This document shows positions 41,322-55,070 of a stretch of DNA of 64,000 nt, piece by piece. Position 1 is the stretch's first letter, and every line of letters begins with the position of its first letter. Under the pieces are notes generated by a model. It was given only the letters and a program-made list of their open reading frames with translations. It was not told where the DNA came from and did no database searches. This stretch comes from Octopus vulgaris (lineage: Eukaryota), in the NCBI GenBank assembly GCA_951406725.2, contig OX597825.1, forward strand, positions 56,296,001 to 56,360,000, given 5' to 3'. The position numbers were made by a program, and so were the translations under genes.

Positions 41322-41859
41322 GTAAGAAAAAGACGGAAAGAAGATAGATGGAATAAAAAGTATACATATTATACAAAAGCCTCTGGTGGGAGAATTACTC
41401 GGGTAAATTCAGCATGAGATTTACAACGGATCCTGTTATATATAAACTGAAGAAGTTGCACAAATGCAACTTCATTAACATACTGCTGCGGCAACTGAAT
41501 AGCAAGCAGCTCTTAAAGTCACCAGTGAATCAAGCTAAATAACTATTTTATTTCATTATTTCTAGTTTTCTAGAAAATATTTCAGTTCGTATGTACAGGA
41601 AATAACATACAACAGCTGATTTCTACTCTTTGTGAAATAGAAGTAAAGGGAATGCCTCATTACTCTCCCGCTATGTTTGGAAGTTGAAGAAAATACTTTT
41701 TGATAATATATTTCAATAAAATGATCTACAGACCGACTCGTCGTCTCCTCTGTATTAATGTCATAAAAATTAGGTTCGGTTAGTTTGATGGAGATATAAA
41801 ATATATTTATGCAATCTTCAGTATGATTTAGAAACATCATTAGCAAGGGCTTCTCTGCC

Positions 41860-42050
41860 TTTTGTCTTTGACTTGTTTCAGTCATTAGACTGCGACTCTG
41901 CTGGGGCACAACCTCAGAGATTTTTTGACTTACTCGAATGAATCGACACCCGTGCTTATTTTTTAAACCTGGTTCTTATTGTATCGGTCTCCTTTGCAGT
42001 TTTCAAGCGGTGGTTGTGAACAAACACAAACACAAAGAGACACGCACACT
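41860..42050 (-). mobile_element. SINE family A 3' fragment
   Basis: acttgtttcagtcattagactgcgactctgctggggcac...caagcggtggttgtgaacaaacac. Confidence 0.7.
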
Positions 42051-44392
42051 TTGGTTAATGTACTAGAAGATAGATTGTGGCTACATATATTGATGGCATG
42101 GACACTGAAACAGAAATCTTGATCAGAGCAACATTAGACCAATGTCAAGCCGATGAAACTTGGCAGGAACAACGATAGCAACAAGCTGTAGATCATCTAC
42201 TTGGTCGCTTGAATTGCAAGAAATACCAATAATATTTAAATAACATCTGGAATAAAGGAAGTAGATATTTTATAAGTACCAACATTATTTGGTGGTTCCA
42301 GTCGAGAGTGGCATTCCAATTTTTCACTATAATCCTGCGTAACTAACAGATATCTCACACTTAGTATCAGGAGTTGTTGGCAATGACATTTGGACAGGAA
42401 TGCTTGCGAAACTTACTCAGATACCCGAGGTTACCAGTGTAAAAATGTTAACCCAGCTCATTTTTTCCTACCAGCTCTTATTTAGAAACCCCAGCCAATC
42501 GGTGGAAAAAGTTAAGATGGATAACATTTGTCCTTTGGAACGCTCACCTGAAAATGAGCACCAGTGAAGTGCGCTGGTGCCGCCCTCACTTCTAGTTATC
42601 ACATATTCCATGTTCTGTTAGCATACTTGTGGAAGGACTGAGAGAGTGCCTGTGTCTATTCGCAGCTGCATAGAAACGCAAAACAATTAGCAAAGTCATG
42701 ATCGCTTGCGCGTGATGGCTATTTTGGGTATCTTGTTTTCATGCATATACAGGTTTCTAAATGAGAACTAGAAGAAAAAAGTGATCTGGGCGGAACAGAT
42801 GAGAATCTGAGGTTTTTTGTAAGATAAAAATTATCAATGTGTTCAAAATCAAAGAACTGAAGAAAAAAAAACGAGAAGCAATGGAAAGAGACAAAACTTA
42901 CTATATCAAAACCATCAGATTCTCTTTTGTTTTTTCTTTCAGTGTATGAAGCTTCCTTCAACAATTTTTTGTTTGTTGATTATTTGCTTTATACTTATAC
43001 GCTTTTGAGGAGCGCGATTCGCTTGTCTTAATTCACATTTCACTCATGTTATCTGTGTGATTTTTACCTGTTTATAACTTTGCATATACTCAGAATCGCT
43101 CGCTGCTCCTTCGCAGATTGACTATATGCAGACACACACAGACACATACATACAGACACACACACACATACACACACACAAATGCACACACACATGTATA
43201 TATAAAAATTTCAGGATACAGACACATTAATTTCACAAGCTACATCAGATACCAAATCCATTATGTATTGGGTAGTGACTTTAAAGCGAAGAAGTGCAGC
43301 GCACCGTCAACCTCACATTCTCGTCCGTGACCATCTTCAATCTAATGGCAAGAACAGTTAAGATGACTGGAGTTGGAGATGGATGCAGCGGATGACCAAA
43401 ATGCCTTGCCTCATCTTACTCTCTGCACGCCACAATGCGTCATTGCTGCTGCCTTCACTTCCGTTGAACTACGAATGTTTCTTCTGCAGAGTCCGCAGGA
43501 TCCAGTTTTCAAAGGCAAGCGTGGCAAGCATATCATAATATTAATTAGCATATTAAGGCTTATCAACCCATAGCTAGGACCCTACACAGGATCAGAGTAA
43601 ACTTGGGAACGTTAGTGGCCAAGCGGTGGTTTCACACACCTGATATTTCTGGTATTCCTGAATCAGAGCTCCAATACCGGATGCAGTTTAAAGGCTTACA
43701 CCGCACATATTGTAGTCTTGATACACAATAAGACGTGACTGCTATGCCTGGAAAATATTTGATAATTCTTGCTTGATCAAAGCTGCTCTGTGGAGTAAAC
43801 ACCATCAGCAACAACGATCACACCCTAAGCTATGATTAATGCGTAAATTAACCGATTAAACACCATATATGCGATCAGGATGATAGTGTGGAAGAGAGCA
43901 TCGTTCACACAACATAAACCGAATTATAAATTATAGCATAGAGAAGATGAATTCTACGTCAAATATTGTTATACACAGCACGACAGTTAATGACACATCA
44001 AACACCCACCAACCAATTAAAATACTGTATTATTTATTACTGTTATACCCTAATATAGTTTTCAGACTATTTTCTTTTCTCTCGTGAAAGGTTATTTTTT
44101 TATATATATGGTTTCTCTCCTAACGACCTTATGATAAAATAACTTTTCAAAGAATAGATGTTAATCGCTGAATCCTAATATGTGTATATACGTATCAATG
44201 TATAGGCGCGAATGAATGTATGTATATGTGTGCGTGTACCTGTGTGTGCATATGTGTGTTTTGTGAGTGCGTGAGTGCATATTTGTATGTGTATATGCAT
44301 AAATGTGTGAGCCTGTATACATATATAAGTACAAAAAAACCAATCGTAGATTCACACACGACTGTGTGTGTGTATAAATAATATATACATAC

Positions 44393-44474
<82 letters not shown>

Positions 44475-44526
44475 TATATGTTATATATATATACATGTAT
44501 ATACATATATATGTATATATATATAT

Positions 44527-44595
<69 letters not shown>

Positions 44596-45179
44596 AATAT
44601 ATGTATGCATATATGAATATACGCGCAGTGTAATACATGTATATGCATACACATAAACACACATAAATATCAGACCATGTATGTAAACATGAATACGTGC
44701 ATATGTACGATTGTATATGTGCTTCCAGTCCTCTGTATGTAGCTTGATATACATAATAGATCTTCGGATTATATGTGAATGTGTACGCGCATGTGTGCGT
44801 GCGTGCGTGTGTGTGTGTGAGAAAGGGAAAGAAAGAGTGTGTGCGTGTGAATGTGTGTGTTATGTAGAGATAATATACAAACATACATATACAGTTAGTC
44901 TATGAATGAAAGATGTCTGTTTAGAGGAAGATATATGATATAATTTACTGCGAATTGTACGTGTAAAAAGGCAATATATAAACTAACAACATGGACGTGT
45001 GATAAGTGTCAAAAAAGGAAAGTGTATCATATAAATTATTTGTATATGATAGGCCGAAAAGGGCCAATATATATATATTATGAATTATAGTTTATATGGA
45101 ACGTGTAAAGGGAAAACTAATACTGGTGTGTGTAAATATATATGCATACATATGTGTGTGTTTATTCGTATATATGTAT

Positions 45180-45237
<58 letters not shown>

Positions 45238-45368
45238 TTAATAATATACTCTTGAGGCTTGGTTTTTTTGTGCTCATATACACATAAATACACATAATGT
45301 ATACATTCATATATACATATATGTATGTGTGTGCATATATATATATATATGAATGCAAATATATATGT

Positions 45369-45415
<47 letters not shown>

Positions 45416-46263
45416 CTTCCACCTAATAAAAAACACATTGAATTGTATTTCTTTTTTACAGAGGGAACGTATCGGATGATTTACAGGCATAGTCAAAAGA
45501 GATGTGAATATATGACACTCATTCATTTCACATATACGTGGTTGGGGTTACCGAACCTTATAAACTGTACTCGCTAATACGGCGAGTTGTTTTGGTTTTT
45601 TTTGCCCACAAACTTTTTCGGGTGAGCACATAGTCTCTGTAATGATGTAGTGAAGGAGGAAATAGGATGCAGTGACAGGGTTGCATTTCCTGAATGTTTC
45701 AGTTGTTCCATTAACTGATTCAACCGTGAATGGAGTGTGGGACATTGTTTTCCCAGCAATTTTACCAGTTGTATAATATGTATTTTTCTGCCTATCTCCC
45801 TTCCATATCTATGTTATGTGTGTGAGTGTTTGTATATATGTGTATCCCCAGTCGAAAGACATTTGTTGTTATGTCCTGTTATTATTATTATTATTATTAT
45901 TTTTATTTTTATTGTATTTTTGTATTTCAATTCGTGTAACATCGTCTGTTTTTCCATCCTTGTTTTCGTATATACTCGATGCTTTTTTCCAAGGAATTTA
46001 ATGCTCTTAGCTTAGTTTTTCCTTGGGGTAGCCAAACTGGAGCAATCTCAAAATTAATCAGCCGAAATTACGAGGATGATCCGGTTCTTGACTGAAGATA
46101 AAATGCTTCGAGTGACCCGTCCTTGTTTTCTTTTTTTTTTGTATCATCCATCTGGATGTTTTGTTGTCACTTTTTGTATCACCTAGTTGTCCGGATGTAT
46201 GAATGTATGTATGTATGTATGTATGTATGTATGTATGTATGTATGTATGTATGTATAGGCATA

Positions 46264-47269
46264 ACTACAGATTCCTGCCCCACCCCCGATTTGGATGATC
46301 ATAGCTTTCAGAAAAATGGACATTTGTTAATGAAATTTCTTACAAATATATGTTATATCATGTATATTCCGAATATATAAAATGTTTGGGTAAAAGTATT
46401 TTAGGAGGGGCGGTGGAGGATTTCGGAAAATTCACCAGATTCCACTTCAATTAGACTTACCTTTAAAGAAAATGGATTTTTTTAATGAAATCTAAAAATA
46501 CACCTCAGACTATTTGTTTCATTTTCTCCGCTTTGTTCGTTTGTACATCCGTAGATTTCTACTGAAGCAACAAACAGGCAATGAAGGCAACTGAAGCCCT
46601 CACCAGAAAACTCGTTATGATGAAAATAACAGCTAAAGGTCTGGTACACCTCAGAAATATGCTATTAAGACGACTTATGTGTTGCATACGATTTTTTTTT
46701 CACTTTAAGTAAATTCCCTGGTAAATGTTTCTAATAGAAAGTCAGAAGACACCAGAAGCAAAAATATGGAATATACACAGTTAAATATAGCAGTGTAAAG
46801 TATGATTTGTTACATAATCTCTACAATTAACATGATATTGAATGGAATAATTCCCCGTTTGAACTTTTATAATTACATGTGTGTGTGTGAGTATGTTAGA
46901 AATCTACGGATGCACAAACGCACAAAACGGAGAAAGTGAAACAAATATGGACGACTTGTTCCGAAACAAACTCGAGTGGGGAACGATTCTCAATTGCTTT
47001 CCCCAAAAATTCCTTTGTCCTCGGATTCTACATAGTCCCTGGTATATTTGTAGATTTCATTTTCTTGAAAGTTAAGACGAATTGAAGTGGACTCCGGTGA
47101 ATTTTCCCAAAATTCCCCACCCTACCCCTCCTAAAACATTTTTCCCAAAAATTCTCTATACCCGGAATTTACAAGATATAACACATACTCGGAGAAAATA
47201 ACATTAACAAATATCCATTTTTCTGAAAGTTATGATCATCCAATGTCGGTGGTGGCAGAAATCTGTAGT
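46264..47269. mobile_element. ~1 kb MITE / non-autonomous DNA transposon with ~215-bp imperfect TIRs
   Basis: The left end actacagattcctgcc...ttggatgatcatagctttcagaaaaatgga...ccacttcaatt (46264-46480) is the inverse of 47052-47269. There is TA-like context at both ends and no ORF. Confidence 0.85.
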
Positions 47270-47273
47270 ATGC

Positions 47274-47305
<32 letters not shown>

Positions 47306-47564
47306 TAATGAGGGAGATAAATTAATATTAGTTTTAATATCAATTTAAAACCAGTAGTCCAGCATACAAAAATCTGAGGAGTTAGAGAAAATTCTAATAT
47401 ATGTGTATATTGGCAGGGCTTACTGCTAGGGAGTCGGCCATATGCTAGAAATAGACCATCAACGGTCAAACTACAAGGAAATTCTCTAGAGGAAAAATAC
47501 AGCGAACACCAGAACCAATTTTGGCGGGCATGACAGATGAAAATTTATATAAAAAACAGAATTA

Positions 47565-47639
47565 AATGCATACCTCGGTTTCAGCCTTAACAAGAGAATT
47601 ACTTATGCAATCCAAATGTCCGTGCTTCTTCAGTGCATC
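47565..47639 (-). ncRNA. Type I hammerhead ribozyme (inverted copy)
   Basis: Exact reverse complement of 47875-47949. Confidence 0.8.
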
Positions 47640-47874
47640 CGTTCATAGTAATGTAAATTTTTAAATTGATATTAAAACTAATATTAATTTATCTCCCTCA
47701 TTATTATTTAAATATTGAAATAAATACGTTCTCTAGTACTAGGCACGAACCGTATTAGCGCGCCAGAGCCAAGACATTTGAAGTTTTATCACTAGTGTAA
47801 TCGGTAAAGCTACACACGTGTCTGTACCGGCACGAAAGCTGGGGTTAGCTTTTCCGTTTACATTACTATGAACG

Positions 47875-47949
47875 GATGCACTGAAGAAGCACGGACATTT
47901 GGATTGCATAAGTAATTCTCTTGTTAAGGCTGAAACCGAGGTATGCATT
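47875..47949 (+). ncRNA. Type I hammerhead ribozyme
   Basis: gatgca-CTGAAGA-agc(~36-nt insert)gct-GAAAC-cgag-GTA-tgcatt. Intact CUGANGA/GAAA core, stem I atgca/tgcat, stem II agc/gct, minimal stem III ACC/GGT, and predicted GUA cleavage after 47943. Confidence 0.82.
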
Positions 47950-48103
47950 TAATTCTGTTTTTTATATAAATTTTCATCTGTCATGCCCGCCAAAATTGGT
48001 TCTGGTGTTCGCTGTATTTTTCCTCTGGAGAATTTCCTTGTAGTTTGACCGTTGATGGTCTATTTCTAGCATATGGCCGACTCCCTAGCAGTAAGCCCTG
48101 CCA

Positions 48104-48164
<61 letters not shown>

Positions 48165-48623
48165 GAGAGAAAGGAGATAAACTGCGCTATACATAGTGCA
48201 ATTAGATATAAATTTTAATACTGAAATAAAATTAGGATATCCATCAGCAACCCCCTCGCACGAAGTTAAAAACTTTAAAAATATGTATCATTAATAGTTA
48301 TTTATAAGGGTAACTGATAAAGAACCCTTTATTATTGAAGCGTAGTTTGTCAGTTAGAGATCTATCTATCCCTGACTAAGGTCACACGTTTTCAGAATCA
48401 TGCACTTCTGTCGAATACTGATATTTTAATATTTCTATGTATGTATTTCGTTATGACCATGGATCTATTTATTTTGGTGTGCAAAATAGATCTTCGCAAG
48501 AGATATTTTTCCATACCAGTACAGCAGGTGTAGAACATATTTCGTCTGTTTCCCTTGGGTTCTTTAAAAATACCGTTTCACATGAGATTTTCTTTACATC
48601 GCGAGAGAGAGCTTACAAGCATT

Positions 48624-48675
<52 letters not shown>

Positions 48676-48681
48676 CATACA

Positions 48682-48733
<52 letters not shown>

Positions 48734-48929
48734 TGTATGTATGTATATATATGTATGTGTGTTTATACAGAGTGAGAGAGAGGGAGAGAGATGACGTGAT
48801 AGATATATAGATAGATAGATTTCGTGCTAAATCTGACAATTCGTATAAATGGATAAGAAAACAAAACATCCTACACAAAAATAAGTGTAGTTAAAAAAGA
48901 AATTAAATATAAACTAGGTTATAGATGGG

Positions 48930-49650
48930 AGATAACAGTTTACTCAAAGTATCCGTCCACAGCTTGCAGCAAAACGCCAAAACGGCTTCGGAACTTGGTG
49001 CATGAATTCTTCACAGTATCCCTGGCAAAAACCTTCAAATACATCTATGACTTTGGCCGCAAACTTGGCCTTATTCTAGAGCGGTTGGTGTCTTTTTCAA
49101 CAACGCCCCACACATAGTAGAAGGCCAGAAATTGGCGCTGGTGAAGTCGACAACCATTTCTTTCTCTTTATGGCTGTATGGCAAGGAACCAAATCCTGCT
49201 ACACACGTATAATCTTCTAGCAGCAGCTTTGTCCGGCCAGGTTTGACCACAGTCTAGTAATTTCACATAGGCGTCTGAATTGAGCCCAAGGCTTTGTTCA
49301 AAGTCGAGGGGTTAATTGACATCACCTTCACTCATAACACATGCAAACATCATCATTGTTTCGTTTTTATGATGTCTACGTCACGTTTTATAGCCATTAC
49401 AGTGTTCACAGAGTGCTGAGCATCAGTCATGATGTTGGCATTTTGACAACCAGCACAAATCTTCATGACACATGTAACACTTTTTCAATATTTTGATGGA
49501 TTCCAGTTCTCAATATCAGCTAATATTTTTCTCAACTACAACTTAAACTTTATGCTCTTCCATGCCGTTGACTGTTCACTAATACATCAAGCTGTTCATG
49601 AAAAAAAATGAGACATACAAATCGTCAAATGCAGTTTCAACACACTCTGT
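48930..49650 (-). mobile_element. Decayed Tc1/mariner (maT-like) transposase relic
   Basis: MMFACVMSEGDV..FEQSLGLNSDAYVKLL..QDLVPCHTA..YYVWGVVEKDTN. Confidence 0.75.
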
Positions 49651-49739
49651 GTGTGCGTGCATGTTTGTGTGTGGGGGTGGACGTGTGTGTAATCTGGTAT
49701 TCAATCTTTCCTTTTCCTTGAAAGATAATCCTATCTACC

Positions 49740-49935
49740 AGACGCTCAAGGCCTGAAACTTTGTGGGTGGGGACTAGTCGATTACATTGACCCCTGAGTT
49801 TCACTGGTACTTAATTTATCGACTCGAAAGGATAAAAGGTAAAGCTGACCTCGGCAGAATTTGAACTCTTAACGTGAAGGCAGACGAAATACCGATACGC
49901 ATTTTGTCCTACGAGCTAACGATTCTGCTAGCTCG
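49740..49935 (-). mobile_element. SINE family B
   Basis: tagtcgattacattgacccc...cggcagaatttgaactc..aacgtgaaggcagacgaaatacc...gattctgctagctcg. Confidence 0.85.
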
Positions 49936-50293
49936 ACAATAAACACGTTATATTAAAGAGGCATATTCTTGGTAAATTTTCCATGACTGACATGTATATT
50001 CATCTGCCCTGCTCCCACGGTGACATAACATTCGGCACTTTAGTTCATTCTTTCTAACAAGTTTCCTAAATTGTCTGAAGCTATAACAATGGTAGAACTC
50101 TTTGTTACCTATTCTCTTTGGCTAATGAGTGATGAGAATTTCTTATGCTGTTTATCTTGTTTTTGTTCAGAACTGCCCTGATCGAATGCACCTATACTCA
50201 ATGTCGTTACAACTGTGACTATAACATTTTTGACAGTGCATAATTATGAATATATTTGTATGTATACACCTTCTCCAAACACACACAAACTCT

Positions 50294-51289
<996 letters not shown>

Positions 51290-51372
51290 TGCGCGTGTGT
51301 GTGCATATATATATATATATATATATAAATATATACAGAGGTATATGTATACACACACACACACGCACACAC

Positions 51373-51432
<60 letters not shown>

Positions 51433-51849
51433 TGTAAAATAAAAATATGATAATTTTTTTCGAACAGAGAAATATTTCTGATGTTCTAACAGCGTTTCTG
51501 AGCTCGAAAACAACTATCATTTTATTTTTATCGTACAATGCACATTTTCGAAGCTTATAAACGAACAAATGTTAGTTTGCTTATATTTGTATACACGTAG
51601 TTGTGCATTTAACCTTTACAGCGTCTAAATTTGTGGATAAATTTGTCAGCAGGAAGTTTAGCTTAACGTGAAGCACTCCGGCAGGGTCTTTGAGGGATGT
51701 GTGTTCGAGTCCCATGGCAGGTTATTGACAACTTTTCCCGCTTTATAAGGAGTAATTTACCCAATATATCTGCTGATCTAACGGCATTTCCGCTTTCGAA
51801 AAATATTAGTCTTATTTATATCATACGCATACACACACACACACACACA

Positions 51850-51902
<53 letters not shown>

Positions 51903-52544
51903 GTATATACACGAGTAGGTGGACAAACGAAAGAAGGGCACTGAAACTTCCAAATAGCTGAGGATTAACATCACACTTATAAACTCGGATTACCAAGGAA
52001 TTTGAATCAAACTGTTTTAGTCTATACATATAACACACACACACACGCACACACATAAATATATATGTATATATAAAACACAAAATGGGACGCTGTTCCA
52101 CGCCTACGCTTGTGAATGTGCATTATATTTACACTCTATGGGGTGTATAAGACGAATGCAAAAGATGATTGTGTTTACACACTGTGATGGCTTATCAATA
52201 AGCGACATTCTCCGACATGTTCCGCTTTAGGGAGATATAATTTTTAAGGATATTTGGTTACTAGTTCTAGCAATTGGGTTTCCACTTATGGCTTGATAAT
52301 GAAATATAATTGTAACTCTTATTGTGCAGCCTCAGATTAGTTCTGCACAAACAGTTGCATTTTATATAAAGACATATTGGTATACTCCAACGAATGACAT
52401 ACTGTAAATGTAAAATGTATGTATTGCGAATATTCTCCAGTATTTGAAATGGAGGTTACGCTGTGGTTCTCACAACTATAATCTCGTGGTCTCGATTGTT
52501 GGACCAAGTAGTATGTTGTATCCTTGAGTATCCTTCATTTCTTG

Positions 52545-52960
52545 TTACTCTACTCTTTAATCTTTTACTTGTTTCAGTCATGTGACTGTGGCCATGCCGG
52601 AGCACCGCCTTTTAGTCGAGCAAATCGCCCCCCAGGACTTATTCTTTGTAAGCCTAGTACTTATTCTATCAGTCTCTTTTGCCGAACCGCTAAGTTACGG
52701 GGACGTAAACACACCAGCATCGGTTGTCAAGCGATGTTGGGGGAACAAACACAGACACACAAACACATACACTCACATACATATATATATATATATATAC
52801 GACGGGCTTCTTTCAGTTTCCGTCTACCAAATCCACTCACAAGGCTTTGGTCGGCCCGCCGCTATAGTAGAAGTCACTTGCCCAAGTTGCCACGTAGTGG
52901 GACTGAACCCGGAACCATGTGGTTCTTAAGCAAGCTTCTTACCACACAGCTACTCCTACT
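52545..52960 (-). mobile_element. SINE family A, full length
   Basis: Near-identical to 14160-14532 and includes the internal CA/TA tract. Confidence 0.93.
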
Positions 52961-53719
52961 GTAGTTTACTTAACTGAAATAACTACGCGCCAATCGTTGG
53001 TGCAACTTTCTCTTCCTGTACCCGTCACAACCTGAATGTTCCGCTTGTTCAAGTGTAAGAGACCCGAGAAGAGGTGTGTTTGTATGCTCGCTACTACATA
53101 GGCCAGCTCTAAACGATTGACGAAATGATCATACATAATATCATAGCGCTCTTGCTCGCGAGTGACGACTTTAGATATATTGCTTTGACAATATCTACGT
53201 TAAAACAACTGATGTTTTGATGTTTTGTTTCTTTGATCAGGTTAGCTGAAGTAAGTTCATATAAAGATTATTAAACAAGGAAGTGAGTAGTTCTTCTGTG
53301 AATCATTCAGAATCCTCTATGAATTGGTAAAAAAAAATATATTCCTACAAATATTTGGGATGCTGTCAGTCTCGGAACTAATGAACACACAAAGAAAATT
53401 TCTAAGGATTTGGTTGTTTCTTTTCTTCTTCCTCTTCTACTTCAGGTGTGATTATTTAAGTTCGAACACCGTACGTTGTCTTATAAACAGCTTCCTCCAG
53501 TGTGTTGAAGAATTATCTTGGGACAACAATATTGTTGCAATAAAGATATAATCTATAAAACTAAAATGCAAACCTCCAAAGAGTATATCGAACAGTGTTT
53601 CGACAAAAATAAAATTTTCTCAGCAATAGACGTATGTATATTTACGCTTTATTTACACAGGATGGTGTGTATGGTAGAACGTTGGCTCAGTGATTGAAGC
53701 ATCTTTTATCGTTGATTTG

Positions 53720-54095
53720 CTACAGCCATTAGACTGCGGTCATGCTGGGGCACTGCCTTGAATTTTTAGTTGAATGAATCTTCCCTAGGATTTCTGTTTA
53801 TTTTTTTTTAAGCCTGATACTTATGCTATCGATCCCTTTTGCCGAACCGCTAAAATACAGGGACGCAAACACACCAAAACCATTTGTCAAGATGTGATGG
53901 AGGGGACAAACGCAGACACAAAAACACACACGCACACGTATAAGACGAGTTTTCAATTTCCGTCTATCAAATATACTTACAAGGCTTGGCCGTCTCAAAG
54001 CTATAGTAGGAGACACTTGCCCAAAGTGCCATGCAGTGGGACGGGACCAGGAGTTATGTGGTTAGGAAGCAAGTTCTTATCACACAGCCACGCCT
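53720..54095 (-). mobile_element. SINE family A, older copy
   Basis: cagccattagactgcggtcatgctgggg...gccgaaccgctaa...cacttgcccaaagtgccatgcagtggg...cacacagcca. Confidence 0.85.
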
Positions 54096-54271
54096 TCACC
54101 TATGAATGTGTATCATATTTACACATTTTAGTATAGGGTGTATTAGACGGCTACAAAAGACGACTATGTTTATACACTATGATGATTCATAAATAAACGA
54201 CTTCGTGTTGTGCATACCCATTCTGCTGTATATAGTAGCACGTTAGCTCAGCAATAAACGACTGTGTGACG

Positions 54272-54735
54272 AGACCAAGGAAGATCGAAATCCTGTGATC
54301 TGCTGGTCGCGGTGCTGGAGGTGGCGAGGATTTATCTCCCCACTAACGATATAAACAAGAATCCATTTTGCACCAAAAGCTAATATGAGTGAGTTTCTCT
54401 CATGGTATCTACGGCAGTATAGTTTGTTCTAACAGAACATCCACATTTAAGTGGGAATAAATATTACGTCTCGTATTAATATTGTCACTAAGAAATATTT
54501 TTAACGAGCTCAATCGCTTTTCGCGACACCAGCGCCTGTTCTGGCACTGTTATTCTATATATCCCTGGCGAGGAGATGAATCGCTTCTATCTCTAGCGCT
54601 CGAACATCCATAATTGACAAAACCAAGGATGGTCGAAATCACGTGATCTGGTTGACCTGGCGCTGGAGGTAGCGGGGATTTATCCCACCTCCCACTTGCA
54701 ATATAAGTAAAAGTGCATTTTACTCCCAATGCAGT
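54272..54735. repeat. Dispersed ~110-bp direct repeat with an inverted partial copy between the two
   Basis: accaagga.g.tcgaaatc..gtgatct...gctggaggt.gcg.ggatttatc occurs at ~54274 and ~54622. The reverse complement of 54566-54599 resembles the same core. Confidence 0.7.
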
Positions 54736-54854
54736 ATGTTAACTACAGGAGTGTTTGAATGTTGGACTTTAAAGTTTTGATGTAAGATTTATGTCGCTTG
54801 GCATTCAAATTTCGGCGACGTTACTAATGTCTGTTATACTTCCGATCTTGATAT

Positions 54855-55070
54855 TGATTTCAAACTTTGGCACAAGGCCAGCAATTGCGGGTAAAGGGAT
54901 AAATCGATGACATCAACCAAAGTACTCACTGATACTTATTTTATCAACCCCGAAAGGACGAAAGGCAAAGTTGACCCCGGTGGAATTTAAATTCAGAACC
55001 TGAAGACGGTCGAAATGCTGCCAAACATTTTGCCCGCCGTGCTAATGATTCTGCCAGATCGCCACCTTAC
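54855..55070 (-). mobile_element. SINE family B
   Basis: ttcaaactttggcacaaggccagcaatt...cccgaaaggacgaaaggcaaagttgacc...gattctgccagatcgccacct. Confidence 0.88.

Larger units (their letters stand above)
47299..48110 (+). mobile_element. Hammerhead-bearing Penelope-derived/retrozyme-like non-autonomous element 2, inserted in (TA)n
   Basis: Inverted pairs 47404-47657/47857-48110 (254 bp, one mismatch seen) and 47299-47350/47659-47710 (52 bp). Each long arm contains a hammerhead, and TA tracts flank both sides. Confidence 0.8.

Noticed and set aside
43005-43110. Imperfect inverted repeat aggagcgcgattc / gaatcgctcgctgctcct
   Set aside because: The stem is short and bulged around a ~75-nt AT-rich loop, compatible with chance and not pre-miRNA-like.
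46085-46125. CTGAAGA...GTC hammerhead-like string
   Set aside because: GAAA is replaced by GAGT and the stems are not supported.
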